Below are positions 1 to 10,716 of a DNA stretch of 64,000 nucleotides, piece by piece. The translations under genes and the position numbers were made by a program. Below the pieces are notes generated by a model, which worked only from the letters and a program-made list of their open reading frames with translations, made no database searches and was not told where the DNA came from. Source of the DNA: Candidatus Saccharimonadota bacterium (lineage in GTDB: Bacteria; Patescibacteriota; Saccharimonadia; Saccharimonadales; UBA4665); contig JAICKC010000003.1 in NCBI GenBank assembly GCA_025928155.1, positions 9,069 through 73,068 on the forward strand, given 5' to 3'. How positions within the stretch are numbered: the stretch's first letter is position 1; every line of letters starts with the position of its first letter.

Positions 1-711
1 GTTATCGGTTGCATAACCGTGGCAGCGTTTTTTGGGATTATGTTCGTACTCATGCCCAAGCTAGCGAGTATTTTTAAACAGCTGGCTGGCCCGGACTACC
101 AACTACCTATTTACACGCGCGTGCTGCTCAATACTGCCGACTACTCGCGCCGATATGTATTTATATACATGCCGCTCATCATCACCGGCATTTACTTTTT
201 GCGGCGCTATATGAAAACGCCTAAAGGCAAATACCAATGGCACGGCCTGCTGCTGCGTATGCCGATTGTTAAGCCGATCGTGACCAAACTGGCTATCGCC
301 CGGTTTGCCCGCACATTCAGCTCGCTTATGGGTGCGGGCGTGAATGTGCTGGATGCATTGGCCGTAACCGGCGGCGCCGTAGGCAACAAGGTCATCGAAA
401 AAGAGCTGGCCGAAGCTGCTGAAGCCGTGAAAGCCGGCAAGCCCCTCTCGAGCCAGCTGGCGCAGAGCAAGCACTTCCCCCGCATCATCCCCGAGATGCT
501 GCAAGTGGGCGAGGAAACCGGTCAGATCGACCAGGTGCTCGTGAAGGTCGCCGACTTCTACGAAGAGGAAGTTAAGACCACCATGGACGGCTTGGCGAGC
601 ATTATTGAGCCGATTATGATTGTGGTGCTCGGCGCCGGCGTGGGCATAATTGCGGCCAGCGTTATGGGTCCGCTCGCGCAGCTGACGACCCACATCAATG
701 CCAGCTCGTAG
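1..711 (+). CDS. pilC: Type IV pilus inner-membrane platform protein (T2SS F/PilC family), 5' truncated
   Basis: T2SSF motifs (RFARTFSSLMGAGV, GEETGQIDQVL, IIEPIMIVVLG); frame open to the left edge. Confidence 0.9.
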   Translation, partial: VIGCITVAAFFGIMFVLMPKLASIFKQLAGPDYQLPIYTRVLLNTADYSRRYVFIYMPLIITGIYFLRRYMKTPKGKYQWHGLLLRMPIVKPIVTKLAIARFARTFSSLMGAGVNVLDALAVTGGAVGNKVIEKELAEAAEAVKAGKPLSSQLAQSKHFPRIIPEMLQVGEETGQIDQVLVKVADFYEEEVKTTMDGLASIIEPIMIVVLGAGVGIIAASVMGPLAQLTTHINASS

Positions 712-738
712 CACAGCGTGCACGTGCTGCGAAAAAAC

Positions 739-766
739 TTGACGGCAAGTTGCTTATGGCTATAAT
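739..766 (+). promoter_or_regulatory. Sigma70-type promoter of the major pilin
   Basis: TTGACG-N16-TATAAT; strong SD TAAGGAGG before the ATG at 851. Confidence 0.7.
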
Positions 767-850
767 TGGGACTAGACCTTCGGCTATATCCCAAGTGGAT
801 CTGAAGCGTATATCAATTTCAATTCATAAACAATAAGGAGGTGGGTCCTT

Positions 851-1327
851 ATGATCTCACTCAAACAAAAGTCAAAAGGTTTCACAATCGTTGAACTTTT
901 GATCGTAATCGTCGTTATCGCAATTTTGGCGACCTTAGTCATTGTGACCTTCACCGGTATCCAACAGAAGGCTCGTGACAGTCAACGTCAGACTGACATC
1001 GACGCGCTCGACAGTCACTTAGAAGCGTACTATGCTGACAATGGTTACTACCCGACATTAAACGACCTCCAGACCTCCAGCTGGGTCGCTGACAACATGA
1101 AAGGTCTTGACCCAGAGTCACTCACCAGCCCTGACGGCAAGGCTATTGCCGACACAGCGGGCACTGGCGGCAGCGGCGGCTGGGCTTACGGCTACACCAC
1201 TACTGGCTGTACTGCCACCAGCCCGAGCAGCACCAGCAACGAGTGTACCAGCTTCCAGCTCAAGGCCAACTTGGAGGGTGGCAGCAGCTTTACCAAAAGC
1301 AGCAACACTCAGGGCAGCGGCAGCTAA
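851..1327 (+). CDS. Type IV major pilin
   Basis: Class III signal KG|FTIVELLIVIVVIAILA, ARDSQR helix, C-terminal Cys pair, own promoter and terminator. Confidence 0.9.
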   Translation: MISLKQKSKGFTIVELLIVIVVIAILATLVIVTFTGIQQKARDSQRQTDIDALDSHLEAYYADNGYYPTLNDLQTSSWVADNMKGLDPESLTSPDGKAIADTAGTGGSGGWAYGYTTTGCTATSPSSTSNECTSFQLKANLEGGSSFTKSSNTQGSGS

Positions 1328-1344
1328 TCTTAGCAACGCTTAAC

Positions 1345-1385
1345 AAAAGGAAAACGGAACCGGAAAACGGTTCCGTTTTCCTTTT
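1345..1385. terminator. Intrinsic terminator, bidirectional type
   Basis: Perfect 18-bp inverted repeat AAAAGGAAAACGGAACCG / CGGTTCCGTTTTCCTTTT with 5-nt loop. Confidence 0.85.
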
Positions 1386-1419
1386 CAGAGCAGTTTTTAC
1401 TATAATGAGCGTAAGCATT

Positions 1420-1809
1420 ATGGGTAAGCAAACGGGGTTCACTATTCCAGAGCTCGTCGTAACGATACTGTTTATCGGCTTTGCTTTCGTAGCCATTACC
1501 CAGCTTTATTTGAGTGTCCAGCGTATCCAAGACCAGACAGCGTACATACAAATCGCCTCACATGCCGCCCAGACCGAAATTGAGAGCTTGCGCAACGGCA
1601 ATTACAGTTCGCTGGCCGACAACTCGACTATCGACTTCAGTGGCTCTCTCCCGGCAGGCTTACCCGGGCCAAGTTCCGGGAACGTAGCTGTCACTTCGCC
1701 GATGGCCGGACTCAAGCGCGTTGATGTTACCGTCCTATACACCGACCACGGCAGTCAGCACAAGGTCGAGCTAACGTCGCTTATCGGCGTGATAGGAATT
1801 TCACAATGA
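1420..1809 (+). CDS. Minor pilin (PilV-like)
   Basis: G|FTIPELVV prepilin motif; start moved to the ATG at 1420. Confidence 0.85.
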   Translation: MGKQTGFTIPELVVTILFIGFAFVAITQLYLSVQRIQDQTAYIQIASHAAQTEIESLRNGNYSSLADNSTIDFSGSLPAGLPGPSSGNVAVTSPMAGLKRVDVTVLYTDHGSQHKVELTSLIGVIGISQ

Positions 1810-2480
1810 CGAACTTGCGTCACAATCAGTCGGGTCTGACTATTGTAGAGCTGAGCATTGCACTGAGCATTACCGTAGTGCTTCTAGGGATAGTGGTTAG
1901 CTTTTCAGTGGACAAGCTGCAACAAACCAATATCCAGAACTTTCAGTACCAGCTCCTTAGCAATGCACAGCGCGGACTGGACACCATTACGAATGACATC
2001 CGCATCGCCAGCGCGGCCGACGATAACAACCGATATATGGATCCCTACGCGCCGGGCGCGCCAACCAACGAACTGAGCTGGGCGTCAAACACCACCACGC
2101 TGGTGCTGGCTATAGCTGCAAAAGATAACCACCGCAATATTATTTTTGATGACGCCCACGACTATGTGAGCGCTAAAAATAACGCTATTTACTACTTGAG
2201 TGGCACGAGCGTTTACCGTCGCGAGCTGGCGGACAGTGTGACCGGCAATACCGCCACTACGACCTGCCCCGCTGCCCATGCCACGAGCAGCTGCCCGGCG
2301 GACAGCGACCTGCTTGACAATGTCAGCTCGTTTAGTATCAAGTACTACAACGATCAGAACCAGCAAGTGACGCCAAGTAATGCCCGTTCGATACAACTGA
2401 GCGTAATTCTGCTGGTGCACAAATATAATCGCAACATCACGGCCAGCTATACGACAAGGATGGTATTCCGGAATGGTTAG
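1806..2480 (+). CDS. Minor pilin (PilW-like)
   Basis: G|LTIVELSIAL prepilin motif; overlaps the upstream stop. Confidence 0.85.
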   Translation: MTNLRHNQSGLTIVELSIALSITVVLLGIVVSFSVDKLQQTNIQNFQYQLLSNAQRGLDTITNDIRIASAADDNNRYMDPYAPGAPTNELSWASNTTTLVLAIAAKDNHRNIIFDDAHDYVSAKNNAIYYLSGTSVYRRELADSVTGNTATTTCPAAHATSSCPADSDLLDNVSSFSIKYYNDQNQQVTPSNARSIQLSVILLVHKYNRNITASYTTRMVFRNG

Positions 2481-3909
2481 TATCCAGCGACAAAGCCACA
2501 CTGGTGTTATATTGCCCACCGTACTTATCATCACGGCAGTATTAATGGGCATTGGCTTTGTGCTGCTCAGCGCCATCACCGGACAGTATACCCTGGCAAG
2601 TGATTCAGTTTATACCGACAACGCCCTGCAAACTGCCGAAGCGGGCGTAGAGCAGTCAGTTGACCAGCTTAACCAGAGCGACAGCTTTAGCGGCTACTCA
2701 GCCCCCCAGACACTGTTTAATAACGCGCTGCAAGGTTACGGCGTTTTCACGACCACCGTTGCCAATAGTCCGGATGACAGCAACGCCAAAGTCATTGTCA
2801 GTACCGGCACGGTGTACCACTACGGCCAAACGACTAATCCGGTTAGCACTCGTAAGGTCAAGGTAACGGTAGTAGGAACGCAGTCGCAGGGGTACTCGGT
2901 ACTCACCGGCCCGGGCGGTCTCATCTTGAGTGGCAGCGGTTCCATCACCAACTCGCAGGTTTACGTCAACGGCACCATAACCTTGACCGGTGCCGCATCA
3001 ATCGGTACACAAAATCAGCCGCTGAACGTCGATGCCGCCAACTATGCCTGTCCGGCTACCGGCGGCGCAACCTGGCCGCAGCTGTGCACGACGACGCAGC
3101 CAATTAGCATGGCACAGAGTACGCACATTTACGGTACCGTGTGTGCCACGGGGCAGACCAGCACGGGGCCCAACAACAACATCCAACCAGGCAATGGCGG
3201 TTCCGGCTTGCAGGTTGGCTGCACTGCGCCCCAAGTCTCTCCGCCCACCTACGATCGGTTGGCGCAGATTAATGCCGTCACGACCACTGGAGTTGGTAGC
3301 AATATCACCTACGACTGCTCGCAGTGGCAGAGCCCTAACGGTTTCGTGCGCACCTGGCCCGCCAACCTCAAGCTTACCGGCAATGTAAACCTGGCCAGTA
3401 GCTGTGACCTGACTGTGACGGGGAATGTATATATTACCGGCAACCTAACGATCGGTGGCTCCACCCATCTCCGTGTCGCCAACAGTCTTGGCACCACCCG
3501 TCCGGTCATTATGGTAGACGGCACCATAAACACCGGCGGTTCAATCACCCCCGTCGCCAACAGTTCGGGAACGGGTGTAGAGTTTATAAGTTTTAAGAGT
3601 TCCAAGAGTTGTACTGTGGCGACGACCGTAGCTACTTACTGCTCAGCTATTACCGGCAACGACCTGTTTACTTCTCAATCGCAGACCACCGTAACCGTAG
3701 GGGGCGGCGGCCCGGGCTTGGCTGGGTTCGTGTTCGACTCTTACTGGGGCACGGTGGTGGTGACTGGTAGCGGTAATATAGGCGCGGCAATAGGCCAAGT
3801 GGTGAACATGAGCGGGTCTGGCACGGTAACGTTCGGCACACAGATTGGGGCTGGATCGAAAACCTGGACGATTAGCAGCTACCAGATAATCCCGAATGGC
3901 TCAGGATAG
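2473..3909 (+). CDS. PilX-like minor pilin with large Gly/Thr-rich C-terminal domain (possible tip adhesin)
   Basis: G|VILPTVLI N-terminus lacking Glu5, ALQTAEAGVE PilX-type motif, several Cys. Confidence 0.75.
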   Translation: MVSIQRQSHTGVILPTVLIITAVLMGIGFVLLSAITGQYTLASDSVYTDNALQTAEAGVEQSVDQLNQSDSFSGYSAPQTLFNNALQGYGVFTTTVANSPDDSNAKVIVSTGTVYHYGQTTNPVSTRKVKVTVVGTQSQGYSVLTGPGGLILSGSGSITNSQVYVNGTITLTGAASIGTQNQPLNVDAANYACPATGGATWPQLCTTTQPISMAQSTHIYGTVCATGQTSTGPNNNIQPGNGGSGLQVGCTAPQVSPPTYDRLAQINAVTTTGVGSNITYDCSQWQSPNGFVRTWPANLKLTGNVNLASSCDLTVTGNVYITGNLTIGGSTHLRVANSLGTTRPVIMVDGTINTGGSITPVANSSGTGVEFISFKSSKSCTVATTVATYCSAITGNDLFTSQSQTTVTVGGGGPGLAGFVFDSYWGTVVVTGSGNIGAAIGQVVNMSGSGTVTFGTQIGAGSKTWTISSYQIIPNGSG

Positions 3910-3961
3910 AACCTGCCTAATGGTATACTAATAGCTGAAGTGCTTATGTAAACGTGGGAAC

Positions 3962-5044
3962 ATGGCAAACAAAACTACAACACTACCGCTGTTTTTCGAA
4001 GATAAACCGCTATTCGGTCTGGATATTGGTCACGGCAAAGTACGCGTGCTGCAGCTGCATGGCGGCGGTCACCACAAACCCAAAGTCGTCGGGTACGGCG
4101 AAACTACCTTTGACCCGAGCGCCATTAAAGACGGAGTGGTTGAAGTGCCGGAGGCAATTGCTGCGGCCGTCTTGGATCTGTTCAAACACCATTTGATTGG
4201 TGACATTACCACCCAGCGCGTCGCCCTTTCGGTGCCGATTGCCCGGGCTTTTACCCGTTCCATGGAGGACGTGCCCGACCTGAGCACCAAAGAACTCGCT
4301 GAGGCGGTGCAGAATGAAGCCGCCCAGTATATTCCCGCCTCACTCGATAACCTCTACATCGACTACGCCCAAGTAAAGCGCGGCGCCAACAACAATACTG
4401 TGCTCATCGTGGCGATGCCCAAAAACATTGTCGATTCGTATGTTCTGCTCGCCCGCATACTTGGGCTTGAAGCGGTCATGATGCAAACCAGTAGCGGTGC
4501 CGGGGCGCACCTGTTCGCCCGCGACCCGCAGGGTGATACGCCTTCGCTGCTGGTCGATTTCGGGAGTGACAGCGCTGATATCACCGTATACGACGGCGGC
4601 CCGGTAGTCAGTGGCACCGTGGCCTGCGGCAGCGACTTGTTTACCGAAGCTATCGCCCGAGAGCTGGGCCTATCTGAGAAGGAAGCGCTGCTGGTAAAAG
4701 CCAAATATGGCCTCGGGCACAGCAAAAAACAGGCCCAGATTGAGAAGGCTCTGCAGCCCACTCTGGCGCTGCTTATCAAAGAGCTTAAACGTACCGCCCG
4801 CTATTACGAAGAGCACAGCCACGACAAGCAAAAAATTACCCAGGTCGTCATAGCCGGCGGCGGTGCCAACATGCCCGGCCTGGCCGAGTGGCTCACCAGC
4901 AGCTTACGTCTGGCGGTGCGATCGTTTGATCCCACGCCATACATCGACTTTGGCCACCTGCAGCCCTTTAACCTAACCGAGCGCATGTCATATGTGACCG
5001 TGGCGGGCCTGGCTGCGATACATCCCGACGAGGTATTCGCATGA
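3962..5044 (+). CDS. pilM: Type IV pilus assembly protein PilM
   Basis: Actin-like motifs FGLDIG, VDFGS, AGGGANMPGL in a pilus cluster. Confidence 0.9.
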   Translation: MANKTTTLPLFFEDKPLFGLDIGHGKVRVLQLHGGGHHKPKVVGYGETTFDPSAIKDGVVEVPEAIAAAVLDLFKHHLIGDITTQRVALSVPIARAFTRSMEDVPDLSTKELAEAVQNEAAQYIPASLDNLYIDYAQVKRGANNNTVLIVAMPKNIVDSYVLLARILGLEAVMMQTSSGAGAHLFARDPQGDTPSLLVDFGSDSADITVYDGGPVVSGTVACGSDLFTEAIARELGLSEKEALLVKAKYGLGHSKKQAQIEKALQPTLALLIKELKRTARYYEEHSHDKQKITQVVIAGGGANMPGLAEWLTSSLRLAVRSFDPTPYIDFGHLQPFNLTERMSYVTVAGLAAIHPDEVFA

Positions 5045-5640
5045 TAAACCTGCTGCCGCCGGACCTCAAAGAAACCTACCGCTACGGCCGGCGTAACCGT
5101 GTGCTGGCGCACTGGATATCTACTATGGTGCTGTGCTTAGCCGGTGCTGTATTGTTGACGGCTGGCGGCTACCTGTACCTCAACATGTCTATCCACAATA
5201 CCGAACAGCAAATCGCCGACACTCAAAAACAGTTGGAGTCTGCCAACCAGACCAAGGTCCAAAAACAGGTCACCGACATTTCCAACAATCTCAAGTTGGC
5301 CGTACAGGTGCTTTCCAAAGAGGTTCTATTTTCTAAGCTTCTCAAGCAGCTGGCCTCGGTCACACCCAACGGTGTCATACTGACCGGCCTGTCTATTACT
5401 CAGGCGCAAACCGGTATCGACCTCAGCGCCAAGACCACCGACTACAAGAGCGCCACCCAGCTACAGGTAAACCTCACCGACCCCCACAACCAGATCTTCA
5501 CCCAGGCTGACATCGTCAGCATTGACTGCAGCGGCACGGGCGGCGACATCAACCACCCATGCGCGGTCAAAATTCGCGCCCTGTTTGACAAAAACAATCC
5601 GTTTTTATTCACGAATAGCGGCCAGAAAGGTAGCTCATGA
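5041..5640 (+). CDS. pilN: PilN-domain protein
   Basis: N-terminal INLLP motif, TM helix, coiled coil; follows pilM. Confidence 0.85.
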   Translation: MINLLPPDLKETYRYGRRNRVLAHWISTMVLCLAGAVLLTAGGYLYLNMSIHNTEQQIADTQKQLESANQTKVQKQVTDISNNLKLAVQVLSKEVLFSKLLKQLASVTPNGVILTGLSITQAQTGIDLSAKTTDYKSATQLQVNLTDPHNQIFTQADIVSIDCSGTGGDINHPCAVKIRALFDKNNPFLFTNSGQKGSS

Positions 5641-6236
5641 AAGCTAAGCAGCTTTATTTTGTACTCCTTGGCGGCTGCTGCTTGGCACTCGTAGCTTTTG
5701 TAGGCGTAGGCTTCGGGGCAAACAAGCTGCTGGCGCGCCAGGCAGGTAAGCTCTCCGACCTGCGTGCATTGAACGACGCTGCAGAGCAGCAGCAGGCTTC
5801 GCTCGCCCGCGACAGGCAAGATATAACCAAATACAATGACCTTAACACCATTGCCGCCAGCGTCGTTCCCCAGGATAAAGATCAGGCGCAAGCCGTACGG
5901 CAAATTGTGAACATCGCCACCGCTTCCGGCATACCACAGCTGTCGTCCATCACCTTCCCAGATTCCACGCTCGGCGCTACCGTTGGCGGTGCGCCAAAGG
6001 CCGGACTCACACAGCTTTTGCCCGTCACAGGTATTAGGGGCGTTTACAACTTGCAAATTACTATCACACAAAAAACGGATAGCAGCGTGCCCTACACCAA
6101 TTTCCTGAAGTTCCTTACCGGCCTCGAGCAAAACCGCCGTACGGCCGAAGTTACAACCATCGCTATAACCCCAAGCCAGGATAACCCTAACCAGGTAGCA
6201 TTCACACTGGTGATAAACGAGTTTATAAAACCATGA
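5637..6236 (+). CDS. PilO-like protein
   Basis: TM helix, coiled coil, YTNFLKFLTGLE motif; position after pilN. Confidence 0.7.
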   Translation: MKAKQLYFVLLGGCCLALVAFVGVGFGANKLLARQAGKLSDLRALNDAAEQQQASLARDRQDITKYNDLNTIAASVVPQDKDQAQAVRQIVNIATASGIPQLSSITFPDSTLGATVGGAPKAGLTQLLPVTGIRGVYNLQITITQKTDSSVPYTNFLKFLTGLEQNRRTAEVTTIAITPSQDNPNQVAFTLVINEFIKP

Positions 6237-6535
6237 AAAACGGCAATATAGACTTAGGCACACTTAGTACACAGTTCAGTGGCTTGCTTAAAAAGCTGCG
6301 GGGCTATAGCGGTCTTACCTTTTTCCTGGCCGTGGCCGTACTGTATGGATTCATTTTATGGCGGATAAACGTCTACAGTAGCGTGCCGGCTAACCAGGCG
6401 GAGGAAAATGCTCACCTTGCTACACAGCCTCATGTCGACCAAACGACGGTGCAGAAGATGCTCGATCTGCAGGACAACAGCGTAAACGTGCAAGCATTGT
6501 TCGACCAAGCACGCCAAAACCCGTTTCAGGAATAG
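6233..6535 (+). CDS. Small membrane protein ending the pil operon
   Basis: One TM, C-terminal RQNPF, overlaps the upstream stop. Confidence 0.65.
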   Translation: MKNGNIDLGTLSTQFSGLLKKLRGYSGLTFFLAVAVLYGFILWRINVYSSVPANQAEENAHLATQPHVDQTTVQKMLDLQDNSVNVQALFDQARQNPFQE

Positions 6536-6536
6536 T

Positions 6537-7232
6537 TTATTGCCGCTGCCCGTTGGGCTGAGTCGGATCAAAGGGTTGGCCGGTTTGAGCCGACCCTTGG
6601 ACTGGCTGCCCGTAGGCTTGATTAAACGCCGCCGCGTTGGCTAATGCCCGGTTGGCAGCGTAGGTTTCACTGGGGTTTTCGGCGATGTAGGCTTCGTGGG
6701 CGGCTATAATCTGCTTGGCGCAGTCGTTGGGACGTGGACAGTAATCGAACACAAATTTGCCACGCTGTCCGGCCGACTCGGCGCGCAGACGGCCATAACC
6801 GAGCATCGACGGCAAGAAGCCGTTTTGCTCGACTGTGACATCTTCTAGGTTTGCCATACTGAGCTGGCTGGTTTGCTTGCTGAACAAGCTGGTTTGATCT
6901 ATTTGTGTAATGCTGTCAGTCGTCACAACCCAGCGGTTGCCCTTGTAGACTATCGACCCGACGTACGTAAACAGTCCCACAATGGCGCAGACAATAACCG
7001 CGCCGAGCGCCAGTACCGCCTGATTTTGCGAGGTTATGCCAAGAAAGATTCGCGGTGCCAATGCCACCGCGCAAACTGCCGCCACCACAACTACCGCCAG
7101 CATAAAATATATGCCAAAAAGTCCTATCGGGTGCCGGCGAAGTTCACACACCACACGCTCGCCCGGTTGCATTACTTTAAGCGGGTTGTACGCACTCTGC
7201 AGAGCGTCGTTTTGAGGTTGATTGGGGTTCAT
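6537..7232 (-). CDS. Membrane protein with bacterial PH (bPH_2-like) domain
   Basis: Two TMs then VVTTDSI...LEDVTVEQNG...GYG; TATAAT upstream. Confidence 0.75.
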   Translation of the reverse strand: MNPNQPQNDALQSAYNPLKVMQPGERVVCELRRHPIGLFGIYFMLAVVVVAAVCAVALAPRIFLGITSQNQAVLALGAVIVCAIVGLFTYVGSIVYKGNRWVVTTDSITQIDQTSLFSKQTSQLSMANLEDVTVEQNGFLPSMLGYGRLRAESAGQRGKFVFDYCPRPNDCAKQIIAAHEAYIAENPSETYAANRALANAAAFNQAYGQPVQGSAQTGQPFDPTQPNGQRQ

Positions 7233-7254
7233 AGCCGTCTTATTATACCGCAGA

Positions 7255-8286
7255 TTATAGCAGGCTAGCTTGAGCCATGTCTTTCGGCGGCTGCTTGTCG
7301 AGGTGTTTGTACGTTTTGTACGTCACTTTGCGGCCGCGTGGTGTGCGCTCCAGCAGGCCGATTTGCATGAGGTACGGTTCGATAAAATCTTCAATAGTGC
7401 TGCGTTCTTCGGCTGTTAGCGCGGCTAGCGTTTCCACGCCCACCGGCCCGCCGTCATAGCTTTCGATGATGGCGTCGAGCAGCATGCGGTCAGCCGGGTC
7501 AAGTCCCAGGTCGTCGATCTCCAGCAACTGGAGCGCCTTAGTACTCGTGGCTACGTCAATGATGCCGTCGCCGTTCACATCGGCATAGTCTCTGACTCGC
7601 TTGAGAAGTCGATTGGCGATACGCGGCGTCTGGCGGCTCCGTTCGGCCAGCTTCAGCGCTGCTGGCTCGTCAATCCTGATATCAAGAATACTGGCCGCGC
7701 GCGTAATAACCTGCTGCATCTGATCGTGCGTATAGAATTCCAGCCGGTGGGTATGTCCGAACCGGTCGCGCAAAGGCGCCGCCAAGGCACCCGCCCGCGT
7801 GGTCGCGCCAATGAGCGTAAACTGTGGCAGATCAAGCCGGAGCGAACGCGCCGACGGCCCCTTACCAAGCATAATATCCAGTTTGTAGTCTTCCATGGCA
7901 CTGTACAGCACCTCTTCGACCGTGCGATGTAGCCGGTGAATTTCGTCGATAAACAGGATGTCGCCGTCCTGCAGGTTAGTAAGCAAGCTAGCAAGGTCAC
8001 CCGCCCGCTCAATGGCCGGCCCACTGGTAATGCGAATCTGCGCGCCCATTTCGTTGGCAATCACACTCGCCATGGTGGTTTTGCCGAGACCCGGCGGTCC
8101 GTACAGTAGTACGTGGTCAAGCGCTTCGCCACGCTTTTTAGCTGCTTGGATCGCCAGCTGCAGGTTTTGCTTGAGTCTGTCTTGACCGATATAATTCGCG
8201 AAGTCGTGCGGCCGCAATTTGACCTCAAACTCCTGTTCAACGTCATCGTCCGTTTGTGGAGCAGCCCCGACAATCCTTTCAATCAT
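7255..8286 (-). CDS. ruvB: Holliday junction helicase RuvB
   Basis: [31 protein letters not shown]. Confidence 0.97.
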   Translation of the reverse strand: MIERIVGAAPQTDDDVEQEFEVKLRPHDFANYIGQDRLKQNLQLAIQAAKKRGEALDHVLLYGPPGLGKTTMASVIANEMGAQIRITSGPAIERAGDLASLLTNLQDGDILFIDEIHRLHRTVEEVLYSAMEDYKLDIMLGKGPSARSLRLDLPQFTLIGATTRAGALAAPLRDRFGHTHRLEFYTHDQMQQVITRAASILDIRIDEPAALKLAERSRQTPRIANRLLKRVRDYADVNGDGIIDVATSTKALQLLEIDDLGLDPADRMLLDAIIESYDGGPVGVETLAALTAEERSTIEDFIEPYLMQIGLLERTPRGRKVTYKTYKHLDKQPPKDMAQASLL

Positions 8287-8353
8287 TAGCTTTATTATAC
8301 TGCAATAAGCTAAGCTCCACGGCAAATATATTTCCGAGGTGTCTATGTGGTTG

Positions 8354-9085
8354 CTAGAAACTTCGTAACAAGAGCGTACCTACCACTAGCAGTAAGAGTG
8401 GCGGGACTACGAAAATGAAAAACAGAACAGTCAGTATAATGCGTATTACACTGCGAGCGCGAACCGGCTTTTCTGCCACCAGCTCCGGATGTTGCTGCAA
8501 GTACAAACGGTACATCACAGCCACAATCACGCTTAACGTTACATCCACGATAGCCGACGCCGCCAGCAACCGGCCATAAAAACCACTCAGCAGGACTTGT
8601 CCATCGTGCGCATAGACCACGCCCACAATCATCAAAGCAACGACAGCTATAAAGAAGTAGTTGGCGTAGACATATCGCTTTGCTTTCCAGTAAAGTACGT
8701 CCACATCAATTAGCGTTTTAACATGGACTAGCACAAACAGTGCCACAACGTACGTGGTATACAGCTTGAGCGCCAGATCGCCACCAACCACCTGCCAGAT
8801 AGCAAAGACCGAGGTAAAGAAACTTAAAACGGCGATAGCAATCGATGCATTGATGACAAAATCGGAAGCCCGGGGAGATGGGTCGTTTTTGTGTGAGGCC
8901 ACTACAGACACCAGTCCGAACAAAATGCCAATGTGTAACAGCGCAACAAAAATTGTAGCCAGCGCCTTCCCGGTTGTGTCGCTAAACTTACCGACCAGGA
9001 TTGTGACAACCGCAACTGCCGCGGCAGCTACCAGGCAGTACAACATTGATTTTATGAGTGAACTTCTTAGTTTTAACTTGTCCAT
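8354..9085 (-). CDS. Hypothetical multi-pass membrane protein between ruvA and ruvB
   Basis: 243-aa ORF with about 7 hydrophobic helices. Confidence 0.7.
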   Translation of the reverse strand: MDKLKLRSSLIKSMLYCLVAAAAVAVVTILVGKFSDTTGKALATIFVALLHIGILFGLVSVVASHKNDPSPRASDFVINASIAIAVLSFFTSVFAIWQVVGGDLALKLYTTYVVALFVLVHVKTLIDVDVLYWKAKRYVYANYFFIAVVALMIVGVVYAHDGQVLLSGFYGRLLAASAIVDVTLSVIVAVMYRLYLQQHPELVAEKPVRARSVIRIILTVLFFIFVVPPLLLLVVGTLLLRSF

Positions 9086-9134
9086 GCCCAGCTAATCTCC
9101 ATCTAATTATCCACCATTATACGCCACGCATGCG

Positions 9135-9710
9135 TTATTGCTTTAATGCGAGTTTGATACGTTCTTCAGCGGGTAACGAGAGGTCGATATCCTTAAGCGC
9201 CACCACGGCATCTTGCGGGGAGTAGCCAAGAGACACCAGTGCTTCGACGGCTTCATCGCCGGCGTTTATGCCGGGGCGGCCCACGATTCCCTGTGCCGTC
9301 TCGGTGACAACCAGGCCCACTTTATCGCGGAGCTCCACTACAATCTGTTCGGCAGCGCGCTTGCCGACGCCTTTAGCACTCTGCAGCACCTTGACGTCGC
9401 CAGCTGCGATGGCGCCACGCACGGCCGGTGCTGTGCCGATATCTAGCACAGCCAGCGCCACCCTGGGTCCTACATTCTTTACCCCCAGCAATTGCTCAAA
9501 TAATCGTTTAGTATCTAGGCTCATAAAGCCATACAGGTCGTAGCCTTGCTCACGGATATGCTCGTACACGTACACTTTTGTCGCCGTGGTGGTATTCCGT
9601 CGCCCGAAATCCTCGGCCGTCACCTGCAGGCCAGATCCTACACCATGCACATCTAGCACTACCATGTCAGCCAGCTTTTCGCTCACCACCCCAGAAAGCG
9701 TCGCAATCAT
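9135..9710 (-). CDS. ruvA: Holliday junction DNA-binding protein RuvA
   Basis: HIRE...LYGF, HhH motifs VGPRVAL and GVGKRAAE, EALVSLGY. Confidence 0.95.
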   Translation of the reverse strand: MIATLSGVVSEKLADMVVLDVHGVGSGLQVTAEDFGRRNTTTATKVYVYEHIREQGYDLYGFMSLDTKRLFEQLLGVKNVGPRVALAVLDIGTAPAVRGAIAAGDVKVLQSAKGVGKRAAEQIVVELRDKVGLVVTETAQGIVGRPGINAGDEAVEALVSLGYSPQDAVVALKDIDLSLPAEERIKLALKQ

Positions 9711-9718
9711 TGGGGATA

Positions 9719-10189
9719 TTATCTCACAGTTTGTGCATGAGTTAATGCAGCGGCAATAGCGTCAGCCGCATCGTCTGGTTTAGGAATTTCCGGCAGGCCG
9801 AGCAACACTCGCACCATTTCCTGCATCTGCTTTTTATCGGCCTTGCCATAGCCGGTGATGGCCTGCTTGATTTGCATGGGCGTATACTCGTAGATTTCCA
9901 TATCCGCCTGTTTGCCGCACAGCAGCACCACGCCCCGGGCCTGCGCTACTGTCATGGCCGTCGTGACATTGCGGGCAAAAAATAACTTCTCCACGCTCAT
10001 GACTTCCGGATGCGTATTGGTGATAATGTCAGTCAGCTCCTCGTAAATGGTTTGTAGCCGCACCGCGTCGTCTTCGTGGACTGGCGTGCGGATCACCCCG
10101 CCGTCTACCAGTGTAGCCTTGCCCTTGGTAGCTTCAATAATGCCGAAGCCGAGTATCCCCGTTCCCGGATCAATGCCGAGTATTCTCAT
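9719..10189 (-). CDS. ruvC: Crossover junction endodeoxyribonuclease RuvC
   Basis: ILGIDPG, EKLFF, QARGV, DDAADAIA. Confidence 0.97.
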   Translation of the reverse strand: MRILGIDPGTGILGFGIIEATKGKATLVDGGVIRTPVHEDDAVRLQTIYEELTDIITNTHPEVMSVEKLFFARNVTTAMTVAQARGVVLLCGKQADMEIYEYTPMQIKQAITGYGKADKKQMQEMVRVLLGLPEIPKPDDAADAIAAALTHAQTVR

Positions 10190-10676
10190 GCTCTGCTACA
10201 GCTTTCTTCACCAATGGGCGCCAATCGTGCGTGCCTGTATACTTCAGTTCATCGAGGCTTACCAGCGGATACCATTCTGGCATCTCTGCGTACACTTTTT
10301 CATAGCTATCAAAACCTTCCATAGAAAACTCCCCACCCACAAAGTCGCATAAGTAATACAGGAGAAGGGTTTGATAGTACTGAGCCGTGCCGTCACCATT
10401 ATTCCAAGCGAAAAACTGGGGCGCGACTGCCAGGAATTGGGGGTTGGCAACGTCAATTCCCGTCTCCTCTTTCGTCTCCCGCACGACCGCCTCTTCCGGC
10501 GCCTCTCCCAGCTCAATACCACCCCCGGGTAAATTGTTGCGCCCAAAATGCTTCGCCGTTAGCAGTTGACCGTCCTTCATGACGATGGCGTAAGCCGAGG
10601 GGCGCCATCGTAGCTTGTCAGGCGATACGCTGTACGCATTGCCATCAACATCGTAACAGGTGACTGTTCTGGTCAT
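10170..10676 (-). CDS. NUDIX hydrolase
   Basis: Nudix box PGGGIELGEAPEEAVVRETKEETG. Confidence 0.9.
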   Translation of the reverse strand: MTRTVTCYDVDGNAYSVSPDKLRWRPSAYAIVMKDGQLLTAKHFGRNNLPGGGIELGEAPEEAVVRETKEETGIDVANPQFLAVAPQFFAWNNGDGTAQYYQTLLLYYLCDFVGGEFSMEGFDSYEKVYAEMPEWYPLVSLDELKYTGTHDWRPLVKKAVAEHENTRH

Positions 10677-10716
10677 ATAGCTATTGTAGCCTACGGTTAG
10701 TATAAAATAGGCTAGT

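Noticed and set aside
9560..9650. Atypical residues in the RuvA N-terminus (GVGSG, GRRN)
   Set aside because: Frame intact; cannot tell divergence from sequencing error, so not called a pseudogene
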